NCBI RefSeq assembly: GCF_004010195.1
Contig: NC_057718.1
Location: 34,933,376 to 34,997,375, forward strand
From: Chiloscyllium plagiosum
Taxonomy: Eukaryota
Length of the DNA: 64,000 nucleotides
Reading direction: 5' to 3'
The translations under genes and the position numbers were made by a program. This document shows positions 37,583 through 50,819 of this stretch, piece by piece; positions within the stretch are counted from its first letter, which is position 1; the number at the start of each line of letters is the position of its first letter. Under the pieces are notes generated by a model, which saw only the letters and a list, made by a program, of their open reading frames with translations, had not been told where the DNA came from and did no database searches.

Positions 37583-40500
37583 GTATTGTAATAGTATGTA
37601 AATCATGCTGGAGAACTGGAGAATTATAAATATAGCATTACTTTTCAAGAAGGGAAGGAAAGATGCATTAAGTTCCAATCATACTCCAGGCCAAATGTCC
37701 ATTATTATTATGGTTCCATACTCAGTACCTCAAAATGTCAAGCTCCTGCTGAGGACAGATGAACTGACTCCCCTTCAAATTTCATTTTCCCCCTCAGTTG
37801 GTCACAGTAGGGTAAATTTAGAACTGATCCACTCACAGACCAATTTCATTTACATTTTAAAAGCAGCCAATTATCCATATTGCCTTGAGTTAACAAAAAA
37901 GTAAGTTTATTCATTATGACACATCAGCAGTAGTAATAATTCAACAATATACACAGATTAGAAATTCAGATGTTGAGTCAAAAACAAAGCAACAAGATAA
38001 AAAGATATATGGGTAAGTCTCTATGGGTCATTCATGAAGAGTTGATAATGGAACATTAAAGAGTTGATTGTGGAATTCTTGGTTTTACAAACTAATTTGA
38101 ATCATTTGTACTGTTTCCTTTTAATGGCGGTTGGATGGCAGCATGCAGAATGGGAGAGTCATTCTGTTGTTCTATTTTCTTCTGACTGGCTCACAGGCTC
38201 GATGGCTTACAGTGATGGTATAATTTACCTGCAATGCTGAGGTGACTAGAATGTAGGTTTTTAACTGTGAGCTTCAAAACAATGAGCAGTGAAATACAGG
38301 CTAGTAAATACAAGTACCTCAGCTCATTAGCAAACCTTCTACCACTAGCATATGAAGACAAGCATTGAACTTGTCTTTAACCACTATTCTTCTCTGTTCA
38401 TGAAAGGGGAAAATACAAATCTGTCTCTGACCCAGGTTGCTGTCTTTTTTTAAAACAAAAATGCTAAGTTCATGGTCAGAGATAATCCCAAGAGGTTACA
38501 ATTCAGTTTGTAGTGCATTTCTCTTTTTGAGGCTTCTTTAACATGAGTAGGGCCTCTCTTACTCCATCCAGCCCTTGAATTTATTTCCACATCAGTTTGT
38601 TTGTAGCAATCCTCTTTTAAATAAAACATGTCTTGGAATTCAAAGTTCAACATATTCAAAGATGATCCAGGGTTATGATTTGTTGCCATGGAAATTAGAT
38701 AATTAGGAATCTAGAGACTAAAGTACCTGTGTTAAAATCCTAGGTCTTCCTATCTAACAGCAATGTGGGGGCATCTGCAATACAGAGACTGCAGCAATTC
38801 AGGAAGATTCAGCATTGCCTTCCCATGTACAACAAATCCTGGCATTGTATGTCAATACCCACCCACTTCCCAGAAAAAAAATGAAAATGATAATATTAGG
38901 AACAGGTAATCTCTACAGATATGTAATTTAATATAAAATGAGTGAACATTTTCAAATATGTAGCTTAATCAAGAACAGCAAGAATATGTCAAGTTATATG
39001 TGACCTAGGAGTTTTTTTGAAGTGACCAACTGGATTGATAAAGAAGTAAATGGGGTGGCTATGGAACTTCAAGGTGTGTTCATTATATCACTATATCAGA
39101 ACATAGTACAGTCAGGTGGGGAGAAAGGGACAGTGTTAAAGATTAAATGGCTATCACTCTGATTTGAGAAGGAATGGGGGTCAATTCTATGGTCATATTT
39201 AAGCTTGATGCTTATAGCTGGTTTGGATTTGTGCATAGGACATACATACTGAATTGAAGATTTAAATTCACGGGCCTTCACTGTCAGTAGAGGTGCATGC
39301 TAGGTAGCTCCACGCCCTCGTGAAACACATAGCACAATAACTAGATTTATGCTGATCCAAAACCTGTGAGGTCAGTTTTCCTTGGCTACAGCCAATGAAA
39401 CATGCCAAGACCTGCTGTTATGTTTGCATGGCAGAGGATGAGTGAGGCTATCCTTGTGCCTGCTGATGTCCCTGGCATTCATTAATACATCTTTACCACT
39501 TCAGCTATAAAATATGCCATTCAAATCAGTGGGACTTGGGTTTGCATTACAAGAAGCCATGGGAAAGTTTGTATTTATTACGCCCTTCTGTTCTTTATAA
39601 TCTGTTTCCGTCTTGTTGAATTTTTGCCACTGCCTCAGCTACAGTCTGAAGTCTAGTTGTTTTATTACAACACCAAGTTTCCCCACATATTTATTGATGC
39701 AGAGAAGGACAGCTAAAACTAAATATTAAAAATACTTTAAAAATTAGAAACAATAAATGAATAAAAATCCCCAATGCTCAGAAAGGCCTGACAAAACCGA
39801 AAATAACCAAGTAACTCTTGACCTTTTATGTGCTCCATTACACATGGGGCTTCTTCAGACTAACTCCAGATGCACACAAAGACCACACAACATGATGTTA
39901 TCCCAATGGGCAGAAATCACGATGTGCTTAATTTAAACCTATTCCAACCTTTGAAGTAAGCTCTTGCACATTTTGTGTGGCAGAACCTTTAACCAACCTG
40001 GGCAGATGATCAGAAGATTGTATACGGCACGAGTCATGCACCTCACGTCCTTACTTTATATCTCAGATATCATTCACCTCTCCTGTGGAGTTAGGACTCA
40101 TTCCCATCGGCCACATCTGTCCTATTTATACATTTGCCTTTCCGAGGTCCCAGCTGGAATTCTGTTCAAAATTCTGACAGCTTATTGTAAGGAGCATTTC
40201 ATTAATCTTGAGAGGAAGATGCTGACCCACTCAAGTGATGCTTGGTGTCAGCAAACTGAGCATAAGGATTAAGAAGAACTGGGTTGTTCTCTTTTCATAA
40301 TAAGGAGACAGTGAGCTGGCCTAATTTAAGCTTTCATGATTATGACAGCCATTACTAAAGCTTAACCAAGCAAACTCTTCACCATGGTGAGTAACTCGAG
40401 TGCCAAAGATAGAAGTTTTAAAACAAATTGGTCAATGATATACATAAACCACTGCAAATGCTGGAAGTTTGCAACAAAAACAGAACAAGCTGGAAACACT

Positions 40501-40868
40501 CAGCAGATTGGTCAGCTTTTGAGAAGAAGCAGGAGGTTAGCTTTCCAGATCTAACCTTACATCCAAATGGGAAAAAGTAAAATTGAGAAATGTATAAATG
40601 AAAAACGGGTGAAACACAGGAGGAAAACTTAAGCAGATGGTATCTGCAGAGTACATGCATGGAATCTTCTCTCGAGTGGTGTGTTTGGAGGTGGAGAAGG
40701 CATTTAATCAAACAGGAGGGTAGCAGGTGGGTATTCCACCTTCGTCACTATCTGGGCAGGAAAGGTGTTGATGCTCCTTCCCGCCCTGCAACCAACAGAA
40801 ACCCTTAAGTTGACAGTGACTCACCAGTTAAGGGCCTTATCTTACAGCTGGCCCTATTTCCCAGTTGT

Positions 40869-40985
40869 AAGACTCTTGTGATACAGTGGTGGTATCTCTG
40901 CCTTAGAGCCAGGAAAACCCAGTTCAAGTCCCACCTGCACCAGAGGCATGTAGAAACATCTTTGAAGAGATTGATTAAAAATATA
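40869..40985 (+). mobile_element. short tRNA-derived SINE
   Basis: TGATACAGTGGTGG A-box-like, CAGTTCAAGTCCCACC B-box-like, ends GATTGATTAAAAATAT. Confidence 0.6.
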
Positions 40986-41909
40986 GCATTCCCAACTTTG
41001 AGTGGGCCTGTTACCATGCAGGGATCCACAATGGGTAAAGCTGTAGATCTGACCTTTCCCAGGCCCAGGTGGCATGTATCCACAATCCAAAAACTCTCAG
41101 TATCTGATTGAGGGATTTGACATCGGGAAGTGGGGCTATCTCAGGGGTCCCTTCGAGAATCATCCTCACCATTGTTGCTGAGCCCTCCGATATTCCAGAA
41201 CCGTCACCCTGTAAAAGCCAACCTGTGGTTACCTGCTTCTGCCCTGGGTCACTCTGTGAACCTGGTCTTTGAGTAGTTCTCACAGCAGGAGCAACCACCA
41301 CCTCCCCAGTAAAGCTGCTGTACAAAAGCTGTTGTTGATCTCTCATTTTTCAACAGCTTTTGAAAGGGAGGGTGTCTTTCGCTCCTGGGACCTGAGTCAG
41401 CCTTGTGAATTGAAAAGTCAGTGACCTGAAACAGTAGGTTCAATTTTACCACCAGCTTCAACACTTTGAGATCAAGTCCACAGATGCCTGCAGCAAGACT
41501 GATTCAGTCTGGGTTCTGCTTCAGCCAATTTCAGCTTCAGTCAAAAATGGAAAAATGAATGAAAGTCAAGAGGTAAGTTCAGTGTGACTGCCCTTAACAT
41601 CAGGGGAGCATTTGACTGAATATCATGGAACCCAAGCAAAACCTGGAGCCCATACGAATCGGGTGAAATGTTCCACTGTTTGGAGTCACATTGGGCGAAG
41701 ATGAAGATGGTTATGGTGGTTGAAGGTCAATCATCTCAATCATCTCAGTGCAAAGGCATCACTGCACAACCTTCTCAAGGGAGTATCCTATGGGAGTAAC
41801 CACTTCAGACGCCTCATCAATGACCCTCAGAATAAGATCAGAAATGGAGATGTCACTGATAATTGCACAATGTTCAGTACCATTCATAACTTCTCATGAG
41901 ACTGAAACA

Positions 41910-42198
41910 GTCATAGGAATCGTGCAGCACAGAAGCAGACCATTCAGCCCATCAAGTCCACATCTACCCTCCGAAGAGCATCCTACCCAGATTCAACTCC
42001 CTCCCCTACCTGCCTGTACTTGTCAAGGCCAATCCACTTAATCTGTACATCTTTGGACTGTGGAAGGAACCCAGAGCACTTGGAGGAAACCTATGTAGAC
42101 ATGGAGAGAAAGTACAAATGCCATAATTGCAAGAAGGTGGAATTTAAATTAGAACCCGCAAGGCAGCAGTGCTAATCATTGAGCTACCATGCCATCCC
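41910..42198 (-). mobile_element. diverged HE1-like SINE
   Basis: reverse V domain CATCTTTGGACTGTGGAAGGAACCCAGAGCAC..GCAGCAGTGCTAATCATTGAGCTACCATGCCATCCC. Confidence 0.8.
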
Positions 42199-42444
42199 AG
42201 TATTTGAACAGTCCATATTCATATACAGCCTTCTCATGTGACAAGGGACCATCCTGCTATTGGCAAATGCCAGCCCCATAAAATGCCTTTAACTGGGCCT
42301 TATGTTATGTAAATTGCTGCCCCCCCCCACTGCAGCTGCTTTATAATTTACCACCCTGCCTTCCCTCCTGCATTCACGCCATCTAGTGGAGGGGACAAAT
42401 AAAATTATGTCTATTAATATTGTCTCTTTCTCAACCAATGTTGC

Positions 42445-43115
42445 CAGACCCTTCGGTCCAACTCGTCCATGCCGACCAGGTATCCCAAACTTAATTAGTC
42501 CCATTTCCTTAATTGGTCCATATTGCTCTAAACCTTTCCTATTCATGCACTTATCCAAAGGTCTTTTAAGTTTTGTAATTGTACCCATCTCTACCACATC
42601 CTCTGGCAGCTCATTCCATACACGCACCACCCTCTGTGTGAAAGAGGTACCCCTCAGGTCCCTTTCAAATCTTTTCCCTCTCATCTTAAACCGATAGCAT
42701 CTAGATTTGGACTAGGTAAAAACAATGACTGCAGATGCTGGAAACCAGATTCTGGATCAGTGGTGCTGGAAGAGCACAGCAATTCAGGGAGCATCCGACG
42801 AGCAGCAAAATTGACGTTTCGGGCAAAAGCCCTTCATCAGGAATAAAGGCAGAGAGCCTGAGCTACTTTCTCCCCACCCCCACCCTCCTCTAGCTTATCT
42901 CTCCACGTTTCAGGCTCTCTGCCTTTATTCCTGATAAAGGACTTTTGCCCGAAACATTGATTTTGCTGCTCGTCGATGCTGCCTGAATTGCTGTGCTCTT
43001 CCAGCACCACTGATCCAGAATCTAGTTTTGGACTCCCTCACCATAGGAAAAAGACCCTGGCTCTTCACCCTGTCCATGCCCCTAATGATTTCATAAACCT
43101 CTATAAGGTCACCCA
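42445..43115 (-). mobile_element. CR1 LINE 3' fragment interrupted by a palindromic PLE
   Basis: GDLIEVYEIIRGMDRV / RGKRFERDLRG..FTQRVVRVWNELPE. Confidence 0.9.
42714..43019. mobile_element. palindromic PLE derivative with 15-bp TSD
   Basis: inverted arms ~42748-42861 / ~42910-43022; TSD ATCTAGATTTGGACT (42699-42713) / ATCTAGTTTTGGACT (43020-43034); hammerhead core 42809-42844 (-). Confidence 0.92.
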
Positions 43116-43489
43116 CTTTCAGTTTTTCTTTCAGCTTTCCAGTATTTTGCCTCTGTACATTATGGTGTATCTTGTTCACTTGGATTGTTGGGGAGAAGGT
43201 GACAATCAACAAAAGCCCTAGCTCTCTGATTTAAATCTCAATGACTTGTATATTGCCTTCTAACAGTTTCCAATTTTCCAACACTTTAAGAGGAATGCGA
43301 ATATCAAACATTTCAATCTTGTTGCAATTCCCGCAACCCTAAATTCTATATTTTTGGCACATTTGCTTTTCAAGTCTAATTAGAAATGAGAATTTGTACG
43401 ATATGTATGGTTTCAACTTCAGAAGCCCTAAAATTTTAAGCATTTCTAATGCTGAAGCCAGTGTCTCTTCAATAATTTCTGTCTTTCAG

Positions 43490-43683
43490 ACCACAGAAGA
43501 ACTAAATACATTCCCCACCTCATTCCTACGAGACTAGCAAGGATCAAAAGCATACCTGTCCACCAACACCATCCCACATGCCACTAAAATTACCAGAGCA
43601 TATAATCACTTAACCACCATGAAACCATGAGCGATTGGACCTACCAGTGACCTGAACACCAAGAACCTGGGACTGTTCCTACC
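43490..43683 (+). other. candidate non-coding exon (194 nt)
   Basis: consensus acceptor TTTCTGTCTTTCAG and donor GTAAGT; stop codons in all three frames. Confidence 0.3.
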
Positions 43684-44338
43684 GTAAGTGAAGCATGAAT
43701 TACACCCTCCACTAACCAACAAAGGATGTTCTCCATTATGCACATGAGGAGTTGATGAAAATTTTTAAATTAACACTAAATGATATAAAGATCACTTCCT
43801 AGTTGTGAACTATGACTCCACTTAAAGGCATGCAGCAAACAGCAAATGTTTAAGAGGAGACTGATCACACAGAGGGAAGTATGGACTCCGATTTTCAAGC
43901 ATTTGAGATTCCTCCATTCTTGGTTACATTGCAGCATTCTAAGCAACTGACCCCGTCCTAACCCATTCCATTCACTTGAATGAGTAGGAGCCGTAAGGAG
44001 TTGTATGTCAGCTGGAAGGTTTCCTCTCAGACTTCCAATTGTACAGTTGAATCCTGCAAGAGTGTGGTGATTCAGAGAAGATTGAGATGCTGGTTCAAAC
44101 TGAGCCCTACTGAGACACTGACGCAACCTCCATCACCTCAAAGCGTACCACACAGAGGTTTGATAAGCTGGCATTTTATTCAAAGTAAGTAATGGCACGG
44201 TGCTCAAGTACATCCTGGAGGAAAAAATGTGCCAAGATTGACAGCAATAGTATTCGAGCTATCACAGTCTGAATGAATGGAAACCTGATCAGGTGGTGAA
44301 CCTACAGAAACAACCACATACAACATTAATTCTCAACT

Positions 44339-44539
44339 AGGAGGAAGTGAGCACTGCAGATGCTGGAGATCAGAGTAGAGAGTGTGGTGCTGGAAAAGCA
44401 CAGCAGGTCAGGCAGCATCCGAGGAGCAGGAGAATTGAAATTTCAGGCATAAGCCCTAATCATTTCTGAAACGTCGATTCTTCTGCTCCTCGGATGCTGC
44501 CTGACCTGCTGTGCTTTTCCAGCACCACACTCTCGGCCC
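44339..44539. mobile_element. palindromic PLE derivative with perfect 13-bp TSD
   Basis: GTGTGGTGCTGGAAAAGCACAGCAGGTCAGGCAGCATCCGAGGAGCAG and its reverse complement; TSD TTAATTCTCAACT (44326-44338, 44540-44552). Confidence 0.95.
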
Positions 44540-44805
44540 TTAATTCTCAACTGCTATGTTGCCCATTACAATGAGGTTTTCCATTATTTCAACAGAGATA
44601 TTAAATGGAACCCGCATTTGCAAATCCTTCAGCAATTGTTGGAGTACAGACCTGCAAGTGAGAAGACATTTTGCTGCCAGTTTGAGACCTCTTATCCAAT
44701 ATTAGGCCCCGAGAAGGAATAGAGAGTGACTGGAGGAGAAACACAAGTCTTGAAAACTAAAGCTTACACAAGGAAATAGTAGGGTTTGAGCAAGTAGGAG
44801 GTTAG

Positions 44806-45350
44806 ACCATAAGGGCATAGGCGTAGAAATTAGGCCACTCATCAATCATGGCTGATACATTTCTCAACTCCAGTTGCCCGCGCTCTCCTTGTAACCTTTG
44901 ATGTCCTTGACAATCAAGAACCTACCTGCCTCTGTCTTAAATACACACAATGACCTGGCCTTTTGTGGCAGTGAATTCCATAGATTCGGCACTCTCTGAC
45001 TGAAGATGTTTCTCCTTATCTCTGTTCTATCAGGTCTTCCCTTTACTCTGAGGCTGTGCCCTCAGGTTCTAGTCTCTCCTACCAATGGAAACATCTTCTC
45101 AACATTTACTCGCCCAGGCCATTCAGTAATCTGCAAGTTTCAATTAGAATATCTGTCATCCTTCTCAACTCCATCAAGTATCGACCCAGAGCCTTTAAAC
45201 ATTCCTCATATGTTAAGCTTTTCATTCCTGGGACCATTCTTGTGAACATCGTCTGAACATGCTCCAGGGCTAGTACATCCTTCCTGAGATATGGGGCCCA
45301 AAACTGCTCAAATATGCCAAATGTGGTCTGACCAGAGCGTTAGAAGCATA
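44806..45350 (-). mobile_element. CR1 LINE 3' fragment
   Basis: reverse of CR1 tail and ORF2 end (TAGACCATAAG..GAATTCCATAGATTC..CTGAGATATGGGGCCCAAAACTG..TGGTCTGACCAGAG). Confidence 0.88.
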
Positions 45351-45791
45351 TCATTGCTTTTTAAAAATATTTTTTATGTGCCAAGATCAGAAGAGTAAAG
45401 GTGTAAGGCTGCTAATGTTCACTGAGGGGGATTGCAGATGTCCTTATGGTGATGGTCACGTTTTAGCCCCTTGCCAATGCTCAGAGGCAGCACATCAGTA
45501 CTCCTGGTTAGCTGGTGCAAGAAACAGAGAGGTATCTTTAAGAACTAGTTTCCAAAGCCATGTTGGCAGCAGTCTAAGCTTGCATACCCCTCATGCTGGC
45601 CAACGTAGTAATCAGCATGGATCTCATTACCTCAGTGCCCACTTCACCCCTGCCACTCCAACTCTTCCTGATGCCAGGTCTTTCAATCAACTACTGCATG
45701 TTTGAAAACAAGAGTCTACACATAACTAGGAGGATGTTGTGAAATTTGAAAGGGTTCAGAAAAGATTTACAAGGATGTTGCCAGGATTAGA

Positions 45792-45918
45792 TTTGGAGAT
45801 GCTGGTGTTGGACTGGGATGTACAAAGTTAAAAATCACACAACACCAGGTTATAGTCCAACAGGTTTAATTGGAAGCACACTAGCTTTCGGAGTGTCGCT
45901 CCTTCATCAGGTGATAGT
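45792..45918 (-). mobile_element. solo PLE family-B terminal repeat with 10-bp TSD
   Basis: TSD CAGGATTAGA (45782-45791, 45919-45928). Confidence 0.9.
45879..45913 (-). ncRNA. minimal type I hammerhead ribozyme motif
   Basis: cac CTGATGA a ggag-cgaca-ctcc GAAA gc TA gtg: core boxes intact, stems I and II pair. Confidence 0.75.
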
Positions 45919-46439
45919 CAGGATTAGAGGGTTTGAGCTATAGGAAGAGGTGGAATCGGCTGGGATTGTTTTCCCTGGAGCGCTGGAGGCTGAGGGGTGA
46001 CTTTGTAGAGGTTTATAAAATCATGAGGGCCATGGATAGGCTAAATGGACAAGGTGTGTTCCCTGGAGTGGAGGAGTCCAAAAGTAGAGGGCATAGGTTT
46101 AGGATGAGAGGGGAAAGATTTAAAAGGGACCTCAGGGGCAACTTTTCAAGCAGAGGGTGGTGCATTTATGGAGTGAGCTACCAGACAAAGTGGTGAAGGC
46201 TGGTACAATTACAACATTGAAAAGGCATCTGGATGGTTATATGGATAGGAAGAGTTAAGTGAGATATGGGTCAAATGTTGGCATATAGGACCAGATTAAT
46301 TTAGGATATCTGGTTGACATGGATGAGTCAGACTGAAGGGTCTGTTTCTTTATGACTCTTTGACTCTATAACTCTAAACAGGACTTTTTTAAGGCATCCA
46401 ACATGGCAAATTCCCTGCCCACTGGTGATCGAGTATGAA

Positions 46440-47800
46440 TGCTGGTGGGATCAGACCCTTCAATGAACATTAATTTTCCAAGTAAAGGGCTTAACAGGCA
46501 CAGTGCGGACCCACCCAGCACCTCCCATCCAATGAAGTATCCCCTCCCTCCAAGCTTGCCTTGAGTGAGGGCAGTGAACTCTGGCCTGATTTGAAAGTGT
46601 GGTCACATTGGCCACTACTTCCTCACCAGAATGGATGTCATCTAACATCCGTGTGAAACCCTGCACCATGTCAGACTCCTCCATTCTCCTTGACCTCGCA
46701 CTGGCCGTCCCTGAGTGGGTACCCATCAGCATTCTCCCATCTGTTCTCACGATGAAGTTCTCACCTGAGTCCTCTGCACAAAATCTAGCTGCAATCTCAC
46801 CCTCTCCACGTGGTCTTTTCTCCATGGTTCCTTATGCGCCCTGCCATGCCTGGTAACTCTCTGTGAGCAGATCCCATTCGACAGCACTAACTGAAGGTGC
46901 ACACAGTACCGATATCTGAGCTGCAAGATGCCAACATTAAACAAAGAGCTGCTACTTCTTCATGAAGTATGGCCTCTCACTCAGACCCCTCCGTGTGAGG
47001 TCACCTCAGCTGATCAGGTGGTAGGTGGAGTATCTGAAAACATACATGCAGAAAGGGAGGATTATGGAGAGGGGAAAGATCAAGGAAAGCAACAGCTTCA
47101 TGGTCACATCAGATGGTGGGATGAGGATGACACAGAATTTGAGATGCTGCAAGAAACGTGAACATTCTGAATGTTTTCAACTATGACAGTTGAAAAACAG
47201 CCAGCTCAAAATTGATTGATGTGTTTCCTCTGAGGGGTTTAGAAGGTACAAGTGTGCCATCCCTTTACCACCTCTCTCTCCTGTTATGTGACTGCAACTT
47301 GGAGGAAACAGTGACAGCGATTGTGTTGTAAGGTGTTTGGTTGGTGTTACTGTCATACCTGAATAGCTTAAGGCGTGCAAAAGATATAGAATGTGAATCA
47401 TTAAGAGAGTCGAGGTAATGTAACATCTGAACCTTAGACATGATTCCAGTTTGCTGGTGGATGAATGATGGGAGGTATGGTACATTGGACTGTTGGTGAA
47501 TGTAATTAGCAGGTAGGAAATGGCACCGAAGATGCTACCGGTATAAGGTAATTTATCATCTTCTGGAACTGAAGACTGATGGTCAGGTCGAAATTCTTTG
47601 CAATCTTTTCCAATTTTTGATCTATGCCTGGAGCACCTCCAGGTCTTCTACAGAAACATGACCTCTCTCCTTTCAGATTCTGGGTCTAAGACCTCCAACA
47701 GTGTATCAAAGTCTTCTATCTTGCATTTTGCTCAATGATAGTGTCATTCCTATGCTGAAACACTTTGGAAATAGTTCCATCACCTGTTTCAGCCTTCATA
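46440..47800 (-). pseudogene. Harbinger Myb/SANT gene remnant (multi-exon, decayed)
   Basis: minus strand DFDTLLEVL..ERREVMF..QFQKMINYL near 47720-47545; acceptor TTTCTTGCAG ~47150; downstream MEES..VQGF-type segment. Confidence 0.55.
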
Positions 47801-49696
47801 CATCCCCCTTTGAAAAGGTCTACGCTTAACACAGATTAGTTGTGATCCATGCTCATGTTACAACATGATAAATATGGACTTTGAATTGAGTTCTCTATCA
47901 CCTGCTATATCTGAGATCTTTCATGGATTAAAATTGGTTCAAAAATACTACAAATACTGACATAAGATGGCTGCCATTATCACCTGGCCACAGATTGAGG
48001 CGTTACAGGAGACCAATGCAGAATAAACAAAGCTGTCTTCATTAAAGGTATTGGCACAAGACAACAGAGTCGGTGTCAAGATGCTCAAGTCAATATCTCT
48101 TATTTTAATTCACACTTTTGTAGTAATTTCACATATTTGGATGTGAAATGCTTGCCTGCCCAGTTTGAAAGAGCAATGAAGCCAAACTCAGAAATATACA
48201 TTTATTTATATTTCAGGAGTTGCTTATGAGCAGTGAGAGAGAAAATGGAATCATAAGCAAGAAATGAAAGACCCTCTCTCCCTGATTCTCTTATCATCTC
48301 AAAAAACACACCCTGGTGACAAAGTAAATTTGGAAAATAATCATTTAATGAGAACTCAGAGTTATCTAGAAACTTTGCACTAGCTGAGAATACCAGTCAT
48401 CATTTAAACAATTGTGGTCTGAGGTTAAAATCTAACACTCAAGGATTCTAGGGACTTTTAAACTGTGTAAACTTTATTATCCCTGTCTGAACCAGACATT
48501 CTCGCCTTTCTAAACAAACTACTTGCATTTCAACAGAGTTCCTTGGGGTTAGTAGGTAATAAAATTCTTCTTTCTTTCACCTCAAAACAAGCTTGAAATC
48601 CGCTTCTTCATCTTAATCTAGTGAACTATAAATTTACTTGATTGTGATTACTTCATGTGAAACAAAAATAAATCTGTTGTGGCCAACTGAGAGGGATTAA
48701 AAAATGACTTACCCTTCTCACCTGGTCATAATACTAGCCACAGATACACCCCTTAGCATTCCATTCAGGAAGAATTCCCCAGTCATTGAATTGAATAGAC
48801 AGTCAGTAGTTTGCAATTTGACCTGAGCATCTTATGGGGTAATTGTCCATTATCATCCACATTCCTCATAACTGATTAGCCCTTATTTTCTTACCAGTCC
48901 CTACAAGTTTTGGACAATGCATTCTGCCATTTCTTTCCATGCCTGCCTCAGATTTGGACTTTATCAATATCCTATAAAAGGTAAAGGTAAAGTTGTCATC
49001 ATCCTATTGGACCATTGGAAACAATGCCTCGGTGAAGGGGAAAGGTTGAGAAAGAAACTCTTTCATGTTAACCTCAGCTGGTGTGGCAATATCCCTTAGA
49101 GTCTGTCTGTTCACCTCCTGACTTTGATCGCCTTCCAGTTAAGACTTTCAGACCTTGTCACTAAACCTGGCTTTCCTTGGTTTGCAATATTCCATTCTAC
49201 AGTAGCATTGTTTGCTAAATCAATGCTCTTGGCTGTTTCTGCAAATTAAGTATCTTGTAGTTCACCATTGATTTTCAGAATTGTTGATTCTGTTTACATG
49301 TGAGTGTTGTAACGCATATTGTTGCACAGGTCCAGGAAATAGTAGAATGGTGGGTCAACAAAACTACATAAACGCTTTGAAAATCCTTAAACAACATCAG
49401 TTAACCTTTAAATAGGGCAAAGACTATAATTTCTAAACTAATGATTAGTACCAACTGCTGGGTAAATAACAACTCTATTATAAGGACTAGATCTGTGGCA
49501 GACGAGGTACAAATTGATGACAAATTGGCCTCTATAGTAACTGGGTGATACTCACTGAAAGTTAAGCTAGGTCAGCTGTTGTTCTCTTTGCTATTATTTT
49601 AAACAGTTTACATCAACACTTAAAGGAAGAGCTTGCAAAGCACACTGGAGGGTGGATATTAATAAGTACCCATCTAAAGCTGCAGTTGTTTTGACA

Positions 49697-50024
49697 TGAT
49701 TTGGAGGTGCCGGTGTTGGACTGGGCTGTGCAAAGTTAAAAATCACACAACACCAGGTTATAGTCCAACAGGTTTAATTGGAAGCACTAGCTTTCAGAGC
49801 ACTGCTCCTTCATCAGGTGGTTGTGTACTACCTGTGAATGTTGTAATGCACATTGTAGCACAGGTCCGGGAAATAGTAGAAAGGTGGGTTAACAAAACTA
49901 TGTAATCGTTTTGAAAATCCTTAAACAACATCAGTTAACCTTTAAATAAGGCAGCAGTGCTCCCAAAACTAGTGCTGCCAATTAAACCTGTTGAACTATA
50001 ATCTGGTGTTGTGTGATTTTTAAC
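49697..50024. mobile_element. palindromic PLE family-B insertion containing a captured copy of local DNA
   Basis: TSD GTTGTTTTGACA (49685-49696, 50025-50036); inverted arms; internal 49829-49953 copies 49295-49419. Confidence 0.92.
49785..49819 (-). ncRNA. minimal type I hammerhead ribozyme motif
   Basis: cac CTGATGA a ggagc-agt-gctct GAAA gc TA gtg. Confidence 0.75.
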
Positions 50025-50819
50025 GTTGTTTTGACAGACTTCAAACACCAATTCTTTTCAGCATTTTAATTTAGCAAATAGGAATTCATTAGTAAATTAA
50101 TTTTGATGTGTGGGTACATTATGCTGTACCTGTGGATACAGGTAGAGGTGTGAGTTACAGTGAATTAACAGTATCGATCTTCTCCTATTTCCTTGAAGGA
50201 ATCTGGGCAGTTACTTGTTACCAACCAGAACACAGTTATCCCAACATTTGCAATTTTACCAGATGTTTCTGGATCAATGTCAACCAACCACCAAAAACTA
50301 GTGGAGTTCTAATTCATGTGACAACTGGAATCCTGATAATTATCAGGCTCCTTCAGCAATTTTAACCTGGCCTTGTGCAGGAAATCTGCCAAGGCTTTCC
50401 CAGTGTGAAGGGCAGTGTGATTAGGATCAAGAGGCCTCCTTCAGTTGTAATGACTTAAGGTTATTTCTCTTCGCAGTGCTGGGAGGAACTTTGTCTGATC
50501 CCACAAGGAGGCTTTAGGTAAATCTTATTCCCCATCAACCAAACCTAACCTACTTACAATTCCTTGGGACCCACTTACCTGAGTGCTAGAATGCAGTCAT
50601 TAATCATTCAATTTTCTAGTGCCTATACCTATAATTTATAGGGAGTTGGGTAATGGCATGTTAGTGATGGTTAAAATCACTACATTCTGCAGGGTATAGG
50701 TGAATAATTGGTTTGCATCTTTCAGTAATGTTAATGTCACACCTCCACATCCTCATACCCCATTCTCACATTTTCACAATCTTACGTAGACCTCATGGTC
50801 CTTTCTTCTTCAACATCTT

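Larger units (their letters stand above)
45728..46375 (+). mobile_element. CR1 LINE 3' fragment interrupted by a PLE terminal repeat
   Basis: FERVQKRFTRMLPGL / LSYRKRWNRLGLFSLERWRLRGDFVEVYKIMR; tail (TGACTCT)n. Confidence 0.92.
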
